Origin: Dictyostelium discoideum
Lineage: Eukaryota
Length of the DNA stretch: 64,000 nt
Direction: 5' to 3'
Assembly (NCBI GenBank): GCA_000004695.1
Contig: CM000154.2
Span: forward strand, 4,448,001-4,512,000
Shown here piece by piece: positions 51,748 to 64,000 of this stretch; position 1 is the stretch's first letter; every line of letters begins with the position of its first letter. The notes under the pieces are model-generated. The model searched no databases and had not been told where the DNA came from. It saw only the letters and a list, made by a program, of their open reading frames with translations. Position numbers and translations under genes: made by a program.

Positions 51748-53978
51748 ATGAAATCTATATTAAAGAAAGCAAAACATTTCTTTCACACCAATGAAACAGT
51801 AAATGGAGAAAATGGTGGTGAAAAAACAGCAAAAGAGAGTGAAAGTCAACAACACCACCAACAACAACAACAACATGATGAAAATGGTGCAAACCCACCA
51901 GACCAAGGAGTTGATGAAGCATCAAATGTATCACAATCTCAACCAACTACATCAGCATTACAAACTTCAACCTCATTACAACCATCATCATCATTACATC
52001 AAATTCCTCAATCACAATCTAGCTTAGAATTAACAACTAATCCAACACAACAACTACCAACAACACCAACCAAACAATTACCAACACCACCACCACCACA
52101 ACAACCACATTCACAACAACAACAACAACAACAACAACAATCACAGTCACAATTAAATAATAATGATATTAGTATAAGTACAAATACAAATAATACAACA
52201 AATAATACAAATAATAATAATAATATAGATTCAACACTAACAACACCAGTACCATCATCAGAGAATTTGGCAACATTATCAACATCAACAACTAGTGAAC
52301 AACAACCAAACTCTCAACCAACACCAAATAATACAAATACAACAACTTCACCACCACCATCATCAGCTTCAACTTCAAATTTATCAACATCAACTACTAC
52401 AACTACCACAACAACTACAACTACAACAGCAGCAGCAAATGAAAATACAAATACAACACAAGAACAAACTGTATCACCAAATAAACCACCACAACCACCA
52501 AATGCATTATCACAATCAACAACATCATCATCAACATCATCAACATCATTATTAAGTAGTACATTTTCTAAATTTAAAATTAAACTTGGTAGCGGTTCAA
52601 CAAAGAATAAAGATTCATCATCAGCACCAGGAACACCACATATAAATAATAATAATAATACTGTATCATCATCAAATAAAAATAGATCAACCCTAGTTAT
52701 AACACCAGGATCTGTAAATAATAATAATAACAACCAAAACAATCATAAAAATAATAATACAACACCAGATCACCCTCCAGAAGAACAAAAACCAGTTGAA
52801 AAGGAAGTGATTACAATTGCAACATTGGCAGATTTCCCTGAAGATTGTCAAAAGTTAATAAGAATATCTGGAATTCCAGAAGAGAAATTAATTAAAAATA
52901 TTCAAATTTTAGCATACGTTTTACATTTTAGAACGGGTAGATTCTTTAAATTGGTTGACGAACCACCAAGAGAACCCAGAAAGAAATTTGTATCTGAAAG
53001 ATTTAATGATGGTGAAAAGTTACTTGAACCTGTTGAACCAGCTTTACTAAAGAAAATGTATAAAGATTCTGATCAAGTTGGTAAAGGGTAAGTTTAAAGA
53101 ATTCTTTAATATTTTTATTAAAAAAGTATTTATATATTAATTTTTATTATTTTTTTTATTATTTTTTTTTTAGTGGTTTTGGTACAGTTTATTTTGCAAA
53201 AAGTACAAAAGAAAAAAGATTAGTTGCAATTAAAAAGATGCCACATGTTACAAAGAGACAACAACAACAAAATTTTAGAGAGGCAGCAATTTTAGCAAAA
53301 TGTGATCATCCAAATATCGTAAAATTACATACATGTCATATTGATAAGGATAGTAATCTATGGATAGTTATGGAGTTTATGGAGGGTGGTACATTTGAGG
53401 AGGCAGCAAAGGCATGGAAATTCAATGAGAATAATTTAGCATACGTGGCAAAAGAGTTGTTGAAAGGGTTACAATATTTACACGAAAATCATATGGTTCA
53501 TAGGGATTTGAAGAGTGCAAATATTATGATGAGCGTTGAGGGTAAGGTCAAGTTAATCGATTTCGGTCTATGTGAAGACGTTGCCACCTCGACACCAATG
53601 CATATGGTGGGTTCACCATTTTGGATGGCACCAGAGATGATTCAACAAAAATATCATTCAACTCCTGTCGATATTTGGAGTTTTGCAATCTCTCTTTTGG
53701 AAATGGCAAATCAACGTCCACCAATGATGGAATCTGCCGTAAAAGCAATGTTTACTGTGGCCACCGATGGTGCTACCGGTTTCGATGATCCTGCACTTTG
53801 GTCTGATTGTTTCAAGGATTTCCTATCACTTTGTTTAAAACAAGATCCAGCTGAACGTGCTACTGCCGAAGAACTTTTAAAACATCCTTTCATTAAAAAA
53901 GCTGATTCAAGAGATAATATGGAAAATATACTTAAAAAGATTTTCCTTACAAATTCTTTAATGAATTCTGGTTTCTAA
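51748..53978 (+). CDS. STE20/PAK-like serine/threonine protein kinase with a long low-complexity N-terminal region; 2 exons split inside the glycine loop
   Basis: Exon 1 51748..53087 (ends ...QVGKG, phase 2, donor GTAAGT). Exon 2 53174..53978 (GFGTVYFAKS...). Kinase motifs: GKGGFGTVY, VAIKKM, HRDLKSANIMM, DFGLCE, GSPFWMAPEM, DIWSFAISLLEM. The N-terminal about 440 aa is Q/T/S/N-rich. Confidence 0.85.
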
Positions 53979-54020
53979 AAATAAAAAAAAACAAAAAAAA
54001 AAAAAAAACCAAGAAAAAGA

Positions 54021-54057
<37 letters not shown>

Positions 54058-54109
54058 CTAAAAAGAAAATAAGAATTAGAAAAAAAAAAAAAAAAAAAAA
54101 TTTAATTGG

Positions 54110-54150
<41 letters not shown>

Positions 54151-54664
54151 TATCTATATCCTTTTGGAATTTATAAATTATTTGTTCATTTTATTGTAAA
54201 TTATGGAATGAAGATATTTTTTTAATTTTTCCAAGTTAATCACTTAAATGTAATACCATATCCAAAATAATAAATAAAAAAACAGAAACAAAAAAAAAAA
54301 AAGTAAATTAATAATAATAATAATAGTAACAGTAATATATATTATTCATTTAAAATTGTCTAGTATAAAAATAAATAATATTAAATAAACAAAAAATAAT
54401 TCTAAAAAAACTATTTTTAAATTTTCTTTTTTTTTTTTTTTTTTTTTTTCAATTATTTTAATTAATTCTTTTTTTTTTTTTTTTTTTTTTTGATTTTATT
54501 CATTCTTTTTTATTTTTGGGTTGTAATAGTTTTATTTACAATTGGAAGATGTTTAATATGAATGTATAAACGTAATATTAAACCGTCCATTTTTTTTTTT
54601 TGTCATTAAAAAATAATTTTTGTCGTTGTTTTTGTTGTTGTTTTTATAATTATTATTAAATGAT

Positions 54665-54910
54665 TTATTCAACAACTAATTTATTTGTTGAATACATTGA
54701 ATTGATAAATGCTTGTCTTTTGACCATTTCTAAATTTTTAAGAGCATCTTGAATTAATTCTTTTGTTTCGTTTTGGTCTTTATTTTTATTTTCTCTAAAA
54801 CCAACAGATACTCTACGTAAGGAGTATTCTCTAAAATTATAGCTTGAAAACTTTTTTGATTCTCTTACTAATGAACGATATAAATGTAAAACTACTGATT
54901 TTTGTGACAT
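54665..54910 (-). CDS. isd11: LYR-motif protein, ISD11/LYRM4 ortholog (Fe-S cluster assembly accessory protein), 81 aa, single exon
   Basis: MSQKSVVLHLYRSLVRESKKFSSYNFREYSLRRVSVGFRENKNKDQ...RQAFINSMYSTNKLVVE matches the ISD11 pattern (LxLYRxxLREsKkFxxYNfRxYxxRRxRxxFREnKN ... YSTdKLvvE). Confidence 0.8.
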   Translation of the reverse strand: MSQKSVVLHLYRSLVRESKKFSSYNFREYSLRRVSVGFRENKNKDQNETKELIQDALKNLEMVKRQAFINSMYSTNKLVVE

Positions 54911-54936
54911 TCTTGTTGTTAAAACGTTTTAGTTGA

Positions 54937-54970
<34 letters not shown>

Positions 54971-54992
54971 AAAAATCTGAAAAAAAAAAAAA

Positions 54993-55038
<46 letters not shown>

Positions 55039-55175
55039 ATTTTCAAAAAAAGAACATTAATTTGTTGGCAAAAGAACAAAGTTCGTTTTAATTTAAATTG
55101 ATTAAAATTTTTTAATACCTCATCTTATCTTATTATTATATTTTTTTAATGGGTTGTTTAATTGAAAATCAATTT

Positions 55176-55272
55176 TTTATTTTATTTTATTTTATTTTAT
55201 TTTATTTTATTTTATTTTATTTTATTTTATTTTATTTTATTTTATTTTATATTATTTTATTTTATTTTATTA
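55176..55272. repeat. (ATTTT)n microsatellite in the isd11 / B-box gene intergenic region
   Basis: About 18 tandem ttttattttat units. Confidence 0.85.
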
Positions 55273-56172
55273 ACCTTTGTCGGAAAAAAATAAACAATTC
55301 GGTACCGAATAATTACTATCTAAATTAAAAAATTATTAATGTATAGTAATCATTATTTTTTTTATTATTTTTTTTTTTTTTTTTGTTGATATTTTTTTAA
55401 ACCATCCATTAATCAATAAAATTTGATGATAACGAAAGAAAAAAAAAAAAAAAAAAAATTATTTTGAAATAATTTACTAATTTTTTTTTTTTTAAAAGTA
55501 ATCTTTTATTTTTTACAATACACAAATTATTATAAAATTAGATTTTATTATTTTGTGAAAGCCTCAAATTAAGGGAACACCAATTCCATTTTTTTTCTTT
55601 TTAATTAAAAGAAAATATCTTTTTTTATTTCTCATTTTTTAATTTTTTTTTATAATCAAACCTATTTTTTTTTTTGATCAAAATAAAAATCATTTTTTTT
55701 TAATTATTTTTTATTTTACGGTTACTTTCAAATATAAATAACATGTCAGAAGATTTATACTCAGAGCTTATCGCTTCGCAAGTAGGTATAATTAATAATA
55801 ATAATATTTTTTTAATTTTATTTAATTTTTGAAAAAAAAAAAAATTTCTATAAATTTTAAAAAAAGGTTAGGGGTGGAAATTTATAAATTTATTCTATAA
55901 ACAATATTGAATTACTTATTAATTTTTTTATTATTATTTAATTTTTTTTATTTTCCACCCCAAATTATTTTTAAAATTAATCTTATTTTTTTAAGTTCAA
56001 TTACATTAAACAATTTTTTTTTTTAATTTTTTTTTTTTTTTTTTCTTTTTTTTTTTTAAATTTCTCAATTTTAATAATCAAATTTTTTTTTTTCTATTTT
56101 TTTTTTTTAATTTTCAGATTTATTTTTATAATTTTTTGATAAATAAAAAAACAAAAAAAAAAAAAAAGGAAA

Positions 56173-56181
56173 ATGATTTCA

Positions 56182-56275
<94 letters not shown>

Positions 56276-56779
56276 TTAAAACTGATGATAATAATAGGTG
56301 TTCTCTTCATCCAACACAAGATTTTATTTTTTTATGTCAAGAATGCGAATTAATTCCATGTTGCTCACATTGTATAGCTATTAGTACAGAAGATAATGAT
56401 CATTCTGGTCATAAAGTTGATATTTTATTAGAGCCAATACTACATGAATTATTTGATAATTTCAATGGTGAAGTATACCCAAGGGTGAATGAAAAACTTG
56501 AAATGTGTAAATCATTATTAAATGAATCAAATAATAAATTTAATCAAATTAAAGTTAATTATGATAATAGTGTAATTTTATTAAAGGACAAATTCCAAGA
56601 GTTTCTAAATTTAATTCGAGTTTTAGAGAGATCAATTCAAAATACTTTGAAAACCACCTACGAGAAAGATATAGAAACTTGTGAAAATATTTCATCCCTA
56701 TTAAATAATAATATTGAAATTCTCACTAAAATTTTAAAAAGTAAAGAAATTTTAAATACTAATGAAATTGAAAATCATG

Positions 56780-56830
<51 letters not shown>

Positions 56831-58552
56831 GAGATAAAACAAAAGAAATACTTAAACAATATCAACTTTCATTATTACACACAAAAAAAGATATTGGTAG
56901 TATTGTAAATAATAGTTTTAAGGACTATAAAAATATAACACTGTTATTCAATGATTCTAGAATTTCTGATATTAAAGAATCTTTAAAATTGATTCATTCA
57001 TTTGAAAATCCAAATGAAAATCCAAATGAAAATCAAATTGAAAATCAAATTGAAAATAAAATTGATGAAATTTCTAAAATTATTTATAAAGAAATTAAAT
57101 TAAAAGAAGAAAAAGAAAAGGAAGAAAAGGAAGAAAAGGAAGAAAAGGAAGAAAAGGAAGAAAAAGTAGAAAATGATGAAAAAGAAGAAAAACAAGATAA
57201 AGAAAAAGAAATAGAAAAAGAAGAACAAATAATAAAATTATATGAAAAAGATCATATAGATAATAATGAAAAAGAAAAAAAATTAAAATTTAAAGAAGAA
57301 ACATTGTATAAAAAAGAAGATTTATTTAATGTTAATGAAATTGAAAATAATGAAACAACATTAGAAAATTTTAAAGTTGGTGATAATAATTTATTTATCT
57401 CTTTTGAAGAAATTAAAAAAAATGAAAAAGAAAATGAAAATATTGGAGAAAAAGAAGAAATTTATGGGAATGGGTTAGTTAGTATTGATATTAAAGAAAT
57501 TGAAGAATCTTCAAATCAAATTATAAATAATAATTATAATTTTAAAACTGATATTAATAATTATCCATATATTCCATGTAAGTTATTAATTTTAATTTTT
57601 TAATAATTTATTCTAAAAACTAAAATAAAAAATTTAACTTTTTGCTTTATTTTTTATTTATTTTATATATATTTTTTTTTTAGGGAGGGGAATTAAAATT
57701 TATATATTTTCAAAAGATAAACCATTCCCAAATAAGCCATATGAAAATTGTGGAATTGCATTTGGTAGTGATTGTGGTAATGTTTCAAAATTAAGCATTT
57801 TACCATCATTTCAGAGTGTTTTATTATTGAATGGATTTGATCAAAGTTTGAAACAAGGTGTAATACCAAATGGTGTAAAATCCATATTAATTCATGATAT
57901 TAAACAGCCATTATTTTCATATTCATTTCCACCATCTGTTGAAACTATAATATTTGGGAATGGTTTCAACCAAATGATAACACCAGGTGTGATCCCAGAA
58001 AAAGGTATTGCTACTCTTTTATTTGGTGATATAAAACAACCATTATTTGCAAAATCAATACCCAATGATATATGTTGTATTTCATTTGGTAATGGGTTCA
58101 ATCATTATTTATCACCAGATGTTATTCCAAATGGTATAACTTTTTTATTTTTACACGAAATTAAGAAACCCTTACAAAAAGGTTCAATTCCCTCAAAGAC
58201 TAAAAGTGTAATATTTGGTAATGGTTTCATTCATCCGTTAACACCTGGAATCATACCAGAGGGAGTAAGAGTCACTTATTTCAATGATATTAAAAAACCA
58301 TTAGTAAAAGGTTCAATTCCAAATACTGTTGAAAGTGTTATCATTGGTAGTGATTTCAATCAAACATTATCCATTGGGATCATTCCTTCCAGTGTAAAAA
58401 ATATAAGTTTTTTAGGTATTAAAAAACCATTAGATCATTTATCAATTCCTGAATCTGTTGAAACTGTACAAATAATTCATGGTTTAAAACATTTGTTAGA
58501 GCCTTGTAAACTATCCAAACACATTAAAATTATTGAATTAAAAAAAAAATAA
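56173..58552 (+). CDS. B-box zinc-finger plus FNIP-repeat protein (Dictyostelium-specific family), 2 exons; N-terminal poly-Asn, central E/K-rich coiled region
   Basis: Exon 1 56173..57577 (poly-N; B-box CSLHPTQDFIFLCQECELIPCCSHCIAISTEDNDHSGH; (EEKEK)n at about 57107-57150; donor GTAAGT). Exon 2 57684..58552 holds about 10 tandem about-22-aa FNIP repeats (FGNGFNQxLxPGVIPxxVxxLxFxxIKQPL). Confidence 0.8.
56191..56277 (+). repeat. Coding (AAT)n microsatellite (N-terminal poly-Asn, about 29 residues) of the B-box/FNIP gene
   Basis: Perfect aat repeats directly after the ATG (MISNNNNN...). Confidence 0.85.
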
Positions 58553-58599
58553 ATTAATAGATAAAAAAATAAATCAATAATTAATAAAAAAGTAGTTAT

Positions 58600-59130
58600 A
58601 AAAGTTTTATTTTACCATCTCCTACCAAAGGTATATGGTCGATGCATATATTTCTATCAAGTTTTTGAAAAATTAAATAACCTATTAAATGACCTATTCT
58701 ACCATTACTGTCAGCAAATGGGTGAATGTAAAGAAACATTGAATAAAACTATAATGCAAAAACCACAGGAAGTATTGTTGAATTATTTTGCTAATTCTAT
58801 TAACTTTGATAATAGTGGTGAAACTTCTTGTATATATGTACGTGTAATAACCAGCATGCTATAATTGGAGGATCCTATACTAACATGATTTTTATAAACT
58901 AGTAATAATAGATGTTTACTAATTAGAAGAGTTATAAACTTTATTGGCTTATTAAGAATCGATAAATACTAATACAAATTTTGAGGGTTTTAGTATAAAT
59001 ATTTGTTAAGGAATTTTATACCATTTTCATCATCCATTTTGAGTGCACATTCTCAAGCGAAAACATTTGAGAAAAATAATAATTCCACATGGTCAGGGTA
59101 TCCAATAAGTTTAATTTCGAAAATAAATGT
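58600..59130. other. Compositionally atypical segment (higher GC, no homopolymer runs) upstream of PKS-E; possible degenerate mobile-element remnant
   Basis: It differs from the surrounding about 85%-AT intergenic DNA. It has no long ORF and no recognisable tRNA cloverleaf. It cannot be classified without a database search. Confidence 0.25.
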
Positions 59131-59515
59131 GTAATGAAAAAAATAAATTACCAATATTAAAAAATTTAAAAGTTTAATTAATTGTTAATATTAAAACCTT
59201 GGTGTAATAGATATATAATTAGTAATTAATTAGTAATTATTATTGAAGCTAAATAATAATATTTAAAAATAGATTTATTATTATATTTTTTTTAAAATTT
59301 GAAATAGATCTATTTAAAAATGTAGATTTGAGTATTTAATATTCGTCAGAAAAATGTGGGTTAAAAAAAAAAAAAAACTAATTAGGGTAAATCTATAAAA
59401 ATGTAATAAATAAAAAACCCAATTTGGAGTTAAATTTTTCTTTGGATTCTTTCTATATTTTTTTAATTTTAAAATTTTAATATTAATTTAATTTTTATTA
59501 AGAAATAAAGAAAAA

Positions 59516-61235
59516 ATGAAAGAAAATAGTTACAACACAAGTATTCATAGTAATAAAGTTAAAAATTATGACGATGCTGATAGTAGTGGTGATGTTGCAG
59601 TGGTTGGTATTGGTTTAAGATTTCCAAGTGGTAATTTAAAAGAATCGATTTCAAAACCAAATCAATTATTTAATGAATTATTGAATGGATTGGATGGAAT
59701 AGTTTCAACTTCTGAAAGATGGTCTGATAATTATTGTTTAAATGGTGAAATCGTTTCAAAGTTTGCTGGTTTACTTCCACTTGATGAATGGAAACAATTT
59801 GATCCAATCTTCTTTGCAATTAATCCAAGCAATGATAATGTCGGTTCAATAGATCCACAACAAAGATTATTATTAAAATGTATGTATACTATCATTGTCG
59901 AATTGAGTCAAAAAAATTTGTGTTTTACTCCACCAAAAAATTTTTATTTTTTTTTATTATTTTTATTTTTTTTTATTTTTTTATTTTTTTGTGCAATACT
60001 TCTGGTCAAAAATAATTTTTTATTTTTTTTTTTTTATCAACAGTTGACAATTATCTTTAATTAAAATGTTTTTTTTAAAAAAAATCAATCCATTAAAAAT
60101 TTAAAACATGGATATTTTTTTAAAAAATTTAGATATTTATATTTATTTATTAATAATGTTTTTTTAAATAAAATCAACAAACAGGTGTATGGGAAGCATT
60201 AGAAGATAGTGGTATTGATCCAATTAGTTTACGTGGTACCAATACAAGTACATTTATTGGTAGTAGTACTATTGATTATAATAATCTTCAAAAATCACCA
60301 TTTGAAACTCAAAATAATATTTTTGGTTCCACAACTAATTCCGTTGCAAATAGAATAGGTTATTGCTTTGATTTTAGGTATGTTTTCTATTTATTTTTCA
60401 TTACTATAACCATAATTTAAAGAATTATATTAATAATTAATTAATTATCATTTCTTTTTTTTAAAAATAGAGGTGAAAATTTAACAATTGATACAGCTTG
60501 TTCAAGTTCATCAAATGCAATTAATTGTGGATATAATTCAATTAAATCAAATAAATCAAATGTTTCAATCGTTGGTGGTGTTAATTTTATATTAGGTATG
60601 TGATAAATTAAAAAAAAAAAAAATAAAAAAAAAAAGAATTATATAAATTAAAAATCAAATAATTTTTATTTATTTATATTATTATTTATTTATAGACCCA
60701 CACATTTCAAAATCGTTCACCCAATTAGATATGTTAAGTCCAACAGGTAAATGTCATACATTTTCATCGGATGCTGATGGTTATGTTCGTTCAGAAGGTG
60801 TTGGTATCGTTGTATTAAAGAGATTAAAAGATGCAATCAAAGATTCAAATAATATCTATTGTGTAATCAAAGGATCAAGTTCAAATATCGATGGTAACTT
60901 TGATAAATTAAACTTTTATTCACCATCAAAATCATCTCAGTGCGAAAATATCAAATTAGCAATCAAATCAACCAATGGTCAAATCAATGAATCTGATATT
61001 GATTATTGTGAAACTCATGGTACTGGTACTCCAACTGGTGATCCAATAGAATTAGAAGGCATATCAAGAGTTTTCAATAATAAAGCATCAACTACAAAAA
61101 CTAATAATAATAAACAAGTTTTAGTTGGATCAGTTAAATCAAATATTGGACATACTGAAGGTAAGTTAATTAATTAAATATAAATAACCAAAGTCAATCA
61201 TTAAATACTAACATTAAATATTGTTTATAATAATA

Positions 61236-61302
<67 letters not shown>

Positions 61303-64000
61303 GCATGTTCAGGAGTTGCATCATTAATTAAATGTTGTATAATGTTTAAAAATAAACTATTTCTTCAAAATATTAATTTCAAAGAACCAAATCCATTAAT
61401 TAATTTTAAAGAATGGGGATTAAAAGTTGTCACTGAACCAATTAAATTTAATGAAAATAAATCAACTGTCATGTTAATTAATAATTTTGGTATAACTGGT
61501 AAATATATACATCATTATATTGTTAAATTTTATTATTATAAAATAAATAATTAATATTTTAATAATGTCATTTATATAGGTTCAAATGTTTGTTTAATAT
61601 TATCTGAATTTTGTAGTGATCAATTTAGAAAAAGTAATGATTATCACAAAATGGAAATTGATAATAAATTTAATGAAAAAAAGAAATATTTAATACCACT
61701 CTCAAGTAATTCATCAACATCATTAAATAATTATAAATCATCAATAATTAAACATTCAAATTTAACACCATTCTCATCACCCACAAGCTTTGAAGGATTT
61801 ATATGTAATCAAATTAAATTCAAATCAACATCATTAATTCAAAAATCAGTTATAATCGCAAGTGATTGGAATGAATTTCAAGATGAAAGCAATCATATTA
61901 AATTAGAAAATAGTGATAATTTAATTTCAAATATTACAGTTGAAAAAAAGAAATCACCACTCACAGTAATGGTATTATGTGGTCAAGGTTCACAATATAA
62001 TAAAATGGCATTATCATTATATGATAATGTACCAATATTTAGAGAATCTGTCAATAGATTCGATAAAGAGTTATTCAAATATTATGGTTATTCAGTTTTA
62101 GATAAATTAAGATCAATTGATGATAAAGATTTAATATCAATTCATCAACCAATTTTAGCACAACCTGCAAATGTTATCATTCAAGTATCACTCTATGAAT
62201 TATATAAACATTGGGGCGTTTCAGCAGATATTATCATTGGTCATTCTCTTGGTGAAATATCATCAGCATATTGTTCAGGTATGATTGATTTTCAAACATT
62301 ATGCTACTTGACTTACCATAGATCAGTAGCTCAAAATAGAACCATAGGTACAGGTAGAATGTTATCAGTTAATATTAGTTCAGATGAATTCATTAATAAA
62401 TATCAATCTACAACTAAATATAAATCATTAGAAATTGCATGTTACAATTCACCAACATCAATCGTTATCGCAGGTAAAGAAGACTTATTAAATGAAATTA
62501 CCAATGAATTCAAATCAAATGATATCTTTTGTTCAATGTTAGGATTATTATCATCATTTCATACATCAAGTCAACAAATGATTAAAGATGAAGTATGTTC
62601 ATTAAATATTTCATCGAAACAACCATCGATAGCAGTATTTTCAACAGTTACAACCAATTTATTCAATCATCAAACTTCACCGTTCAATGCAGATTATGCA
62701 TTTAATAATATTCGCCAACCAGTTCGTTTCACACAAACAATTACAAATCTTTACAAACATATCGAATCAAATGATATGGGTAATGAAATTACATTCATTG
62801 AAGTTTCACCACATCCAACATTACAATATTACTTAAATCAAATGAAATCAACTCAATCAAGTTACTTTAATAATGGTAAAAACATTACAATCTATTCACC
62901 ATTAAATAAAAAGAAGAATGATTATAATGAATTCTTAAAGACAATCTCTTTATTATATGTCAATAATAATTTTGATATTAATTTCAAATCACAATTAATT
63001 AATAACAGTAATAACCATACAAACCAATCAAATAATTTACCACTTTACCAATGGGATGATAAAGAATACTTTAAACTAAACCCATCACTTGAAAAGATTA
63101 AAAATGAAGGTCCATCCATTCACAGTCTTGGTAATAATACAGATTCACCATATCCATCATATCAAACATTTATCGATATCAAGAAATCACCATTCCAATG
63201 GTTAAAAGGTCATCAAGTTAGTGATAAATTCTATTATCCAGGAATGGGATATGTTCACAATTTATTATCAATTTATCCAAATCAAGATATTACAATTAGC
63301 TCATTAGAATTTAAATCACCCTTGGTATTAACAGAAGGTAATAGACAATGTTTACAAACTACCATTGCACCATTATCAAAGAATGAATTCAATATTAAAA
63401 GTCATTATAAAGATCAAAAAACAAATCAATGGATATTATCATCTCTTGGTAATTTTAGTTTATTCAAACATAATATTGAAAATAATGAATCAATTAATAT
63501 TCAATCATTAAAAGATAAATGTAATTTTACAACTATATCAAAACAAGATTTTTATGAAACTATTAGAATTAAAACAAATTTAACATACAAAGGTTTATTT
63601 CAAGGTGTTAAAGAATGTTATATCGGTAATAATTGTTCATTAGTAAAAGTATCATTAAATGAAATTTATAATCAAAAAGAATATAATCATTTAATCAACA
63701 ATAGTAATATGAATACTTTTTTTAATACAGCAATTTTAGATACTTGCTTACATGGAGTATTGGTTGCAGTTACACAACCAATCGTACTTGATAGAATTGA
63801 AGCTTTCAAATTTTACTCTTCAAATATTACATCATCGAATATTAGTAATAACGATACAATTAAAGAATTATATGTTTACTCTGAAACTAGAGCAAGAACT
63901 AATTCTCAAACATATTCAGGATCAATTAAAATCATACTTCCAAATGGTACATTATTAGTTGATATTGGAAATGTAGTTTGCACTATTGTTGGCTCCAATC
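59516..64000 (+). CDS. Type I polyketide synthase paralog E (diverged copy, same exon structure), 5' partial; runs out of the window within the DH/linker region
   Basis: Exons: 59516..59879, 60185..60377, 60471..60595, 60696..61160, 61304..61498, 61580..>64000. Exon lengths 193/125/465/195 and phases are identical to copies A-C. The N-terminus differs ([39 protein letters not shown]). Protein identity to A-C is roughly 85-90% by eye (e.g. [10 protein letters not shown] vs [10 protein letters not shown]). An (AAT)n microsatellite sits in intron 4 (about 61225-61300). Confidence 0.85.

Overview
The window is extremely AT-rich (about 75-80% A+T), has short AT-rich introns with GTATGT/GTAAGT...AG boundaries, A/T homopolymer intergenic tracts, and poly-Asn/Gln (AAT/CAA) coding microsatellites. 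These are hallmarks of a dictyostelid social-amoeba nuclear genome, most likely Dictyostelium discoideum-like. Prokaryotic feature types (CRISPR, operons, defence islands) do not apply.

The left 37 kb is a head-to-tail tandem array of near-identical, intron-containing, highly reducing type I polyketide synthase genes on the minus strand, all reconstructed by hand from the ORF track plus splice signals:
- the start of one copy at the window edge
- a complete 7-exon copy A
- copy B, which ends inside a poly-Asn linker and lacks the terminal reductase domain
- a complete 7-exon copy C
- a decayed PKS pseudogene fragment abutting an A/C-rich retrotransposon-like fragment and an assembly gap

A more diverged PKS paralog with the same exon structure lies on the plus strand at the right edge and runs out of the window. 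Between the PKS genes sit a cytochrome P450 (divergent from PKS-B), an O-methyltransferase with a 1-bp frameshift, and a class-III aminotransferase. Together these look like a candidate secondary-metabolite biosynthetic cluster built around reductive-release PKSs.

The rest of the window holds housekeeping genes: alg7-like GlcNAc-1-P transferase, a poly(A)-binding protein with a His/Gln-rich N-terminal extension, a STE20/PAK-like kinase, an ISD11/LYRM4 LYR protein, and a B-box + FNIP-repeat protein.

Conserved non-coding modules recur upstream of the PKS copies and in their first introns. Two 100-N runs are assembly gaps. Exon boundaries were derived by hand and are approximate (+/- 1-3 bp).
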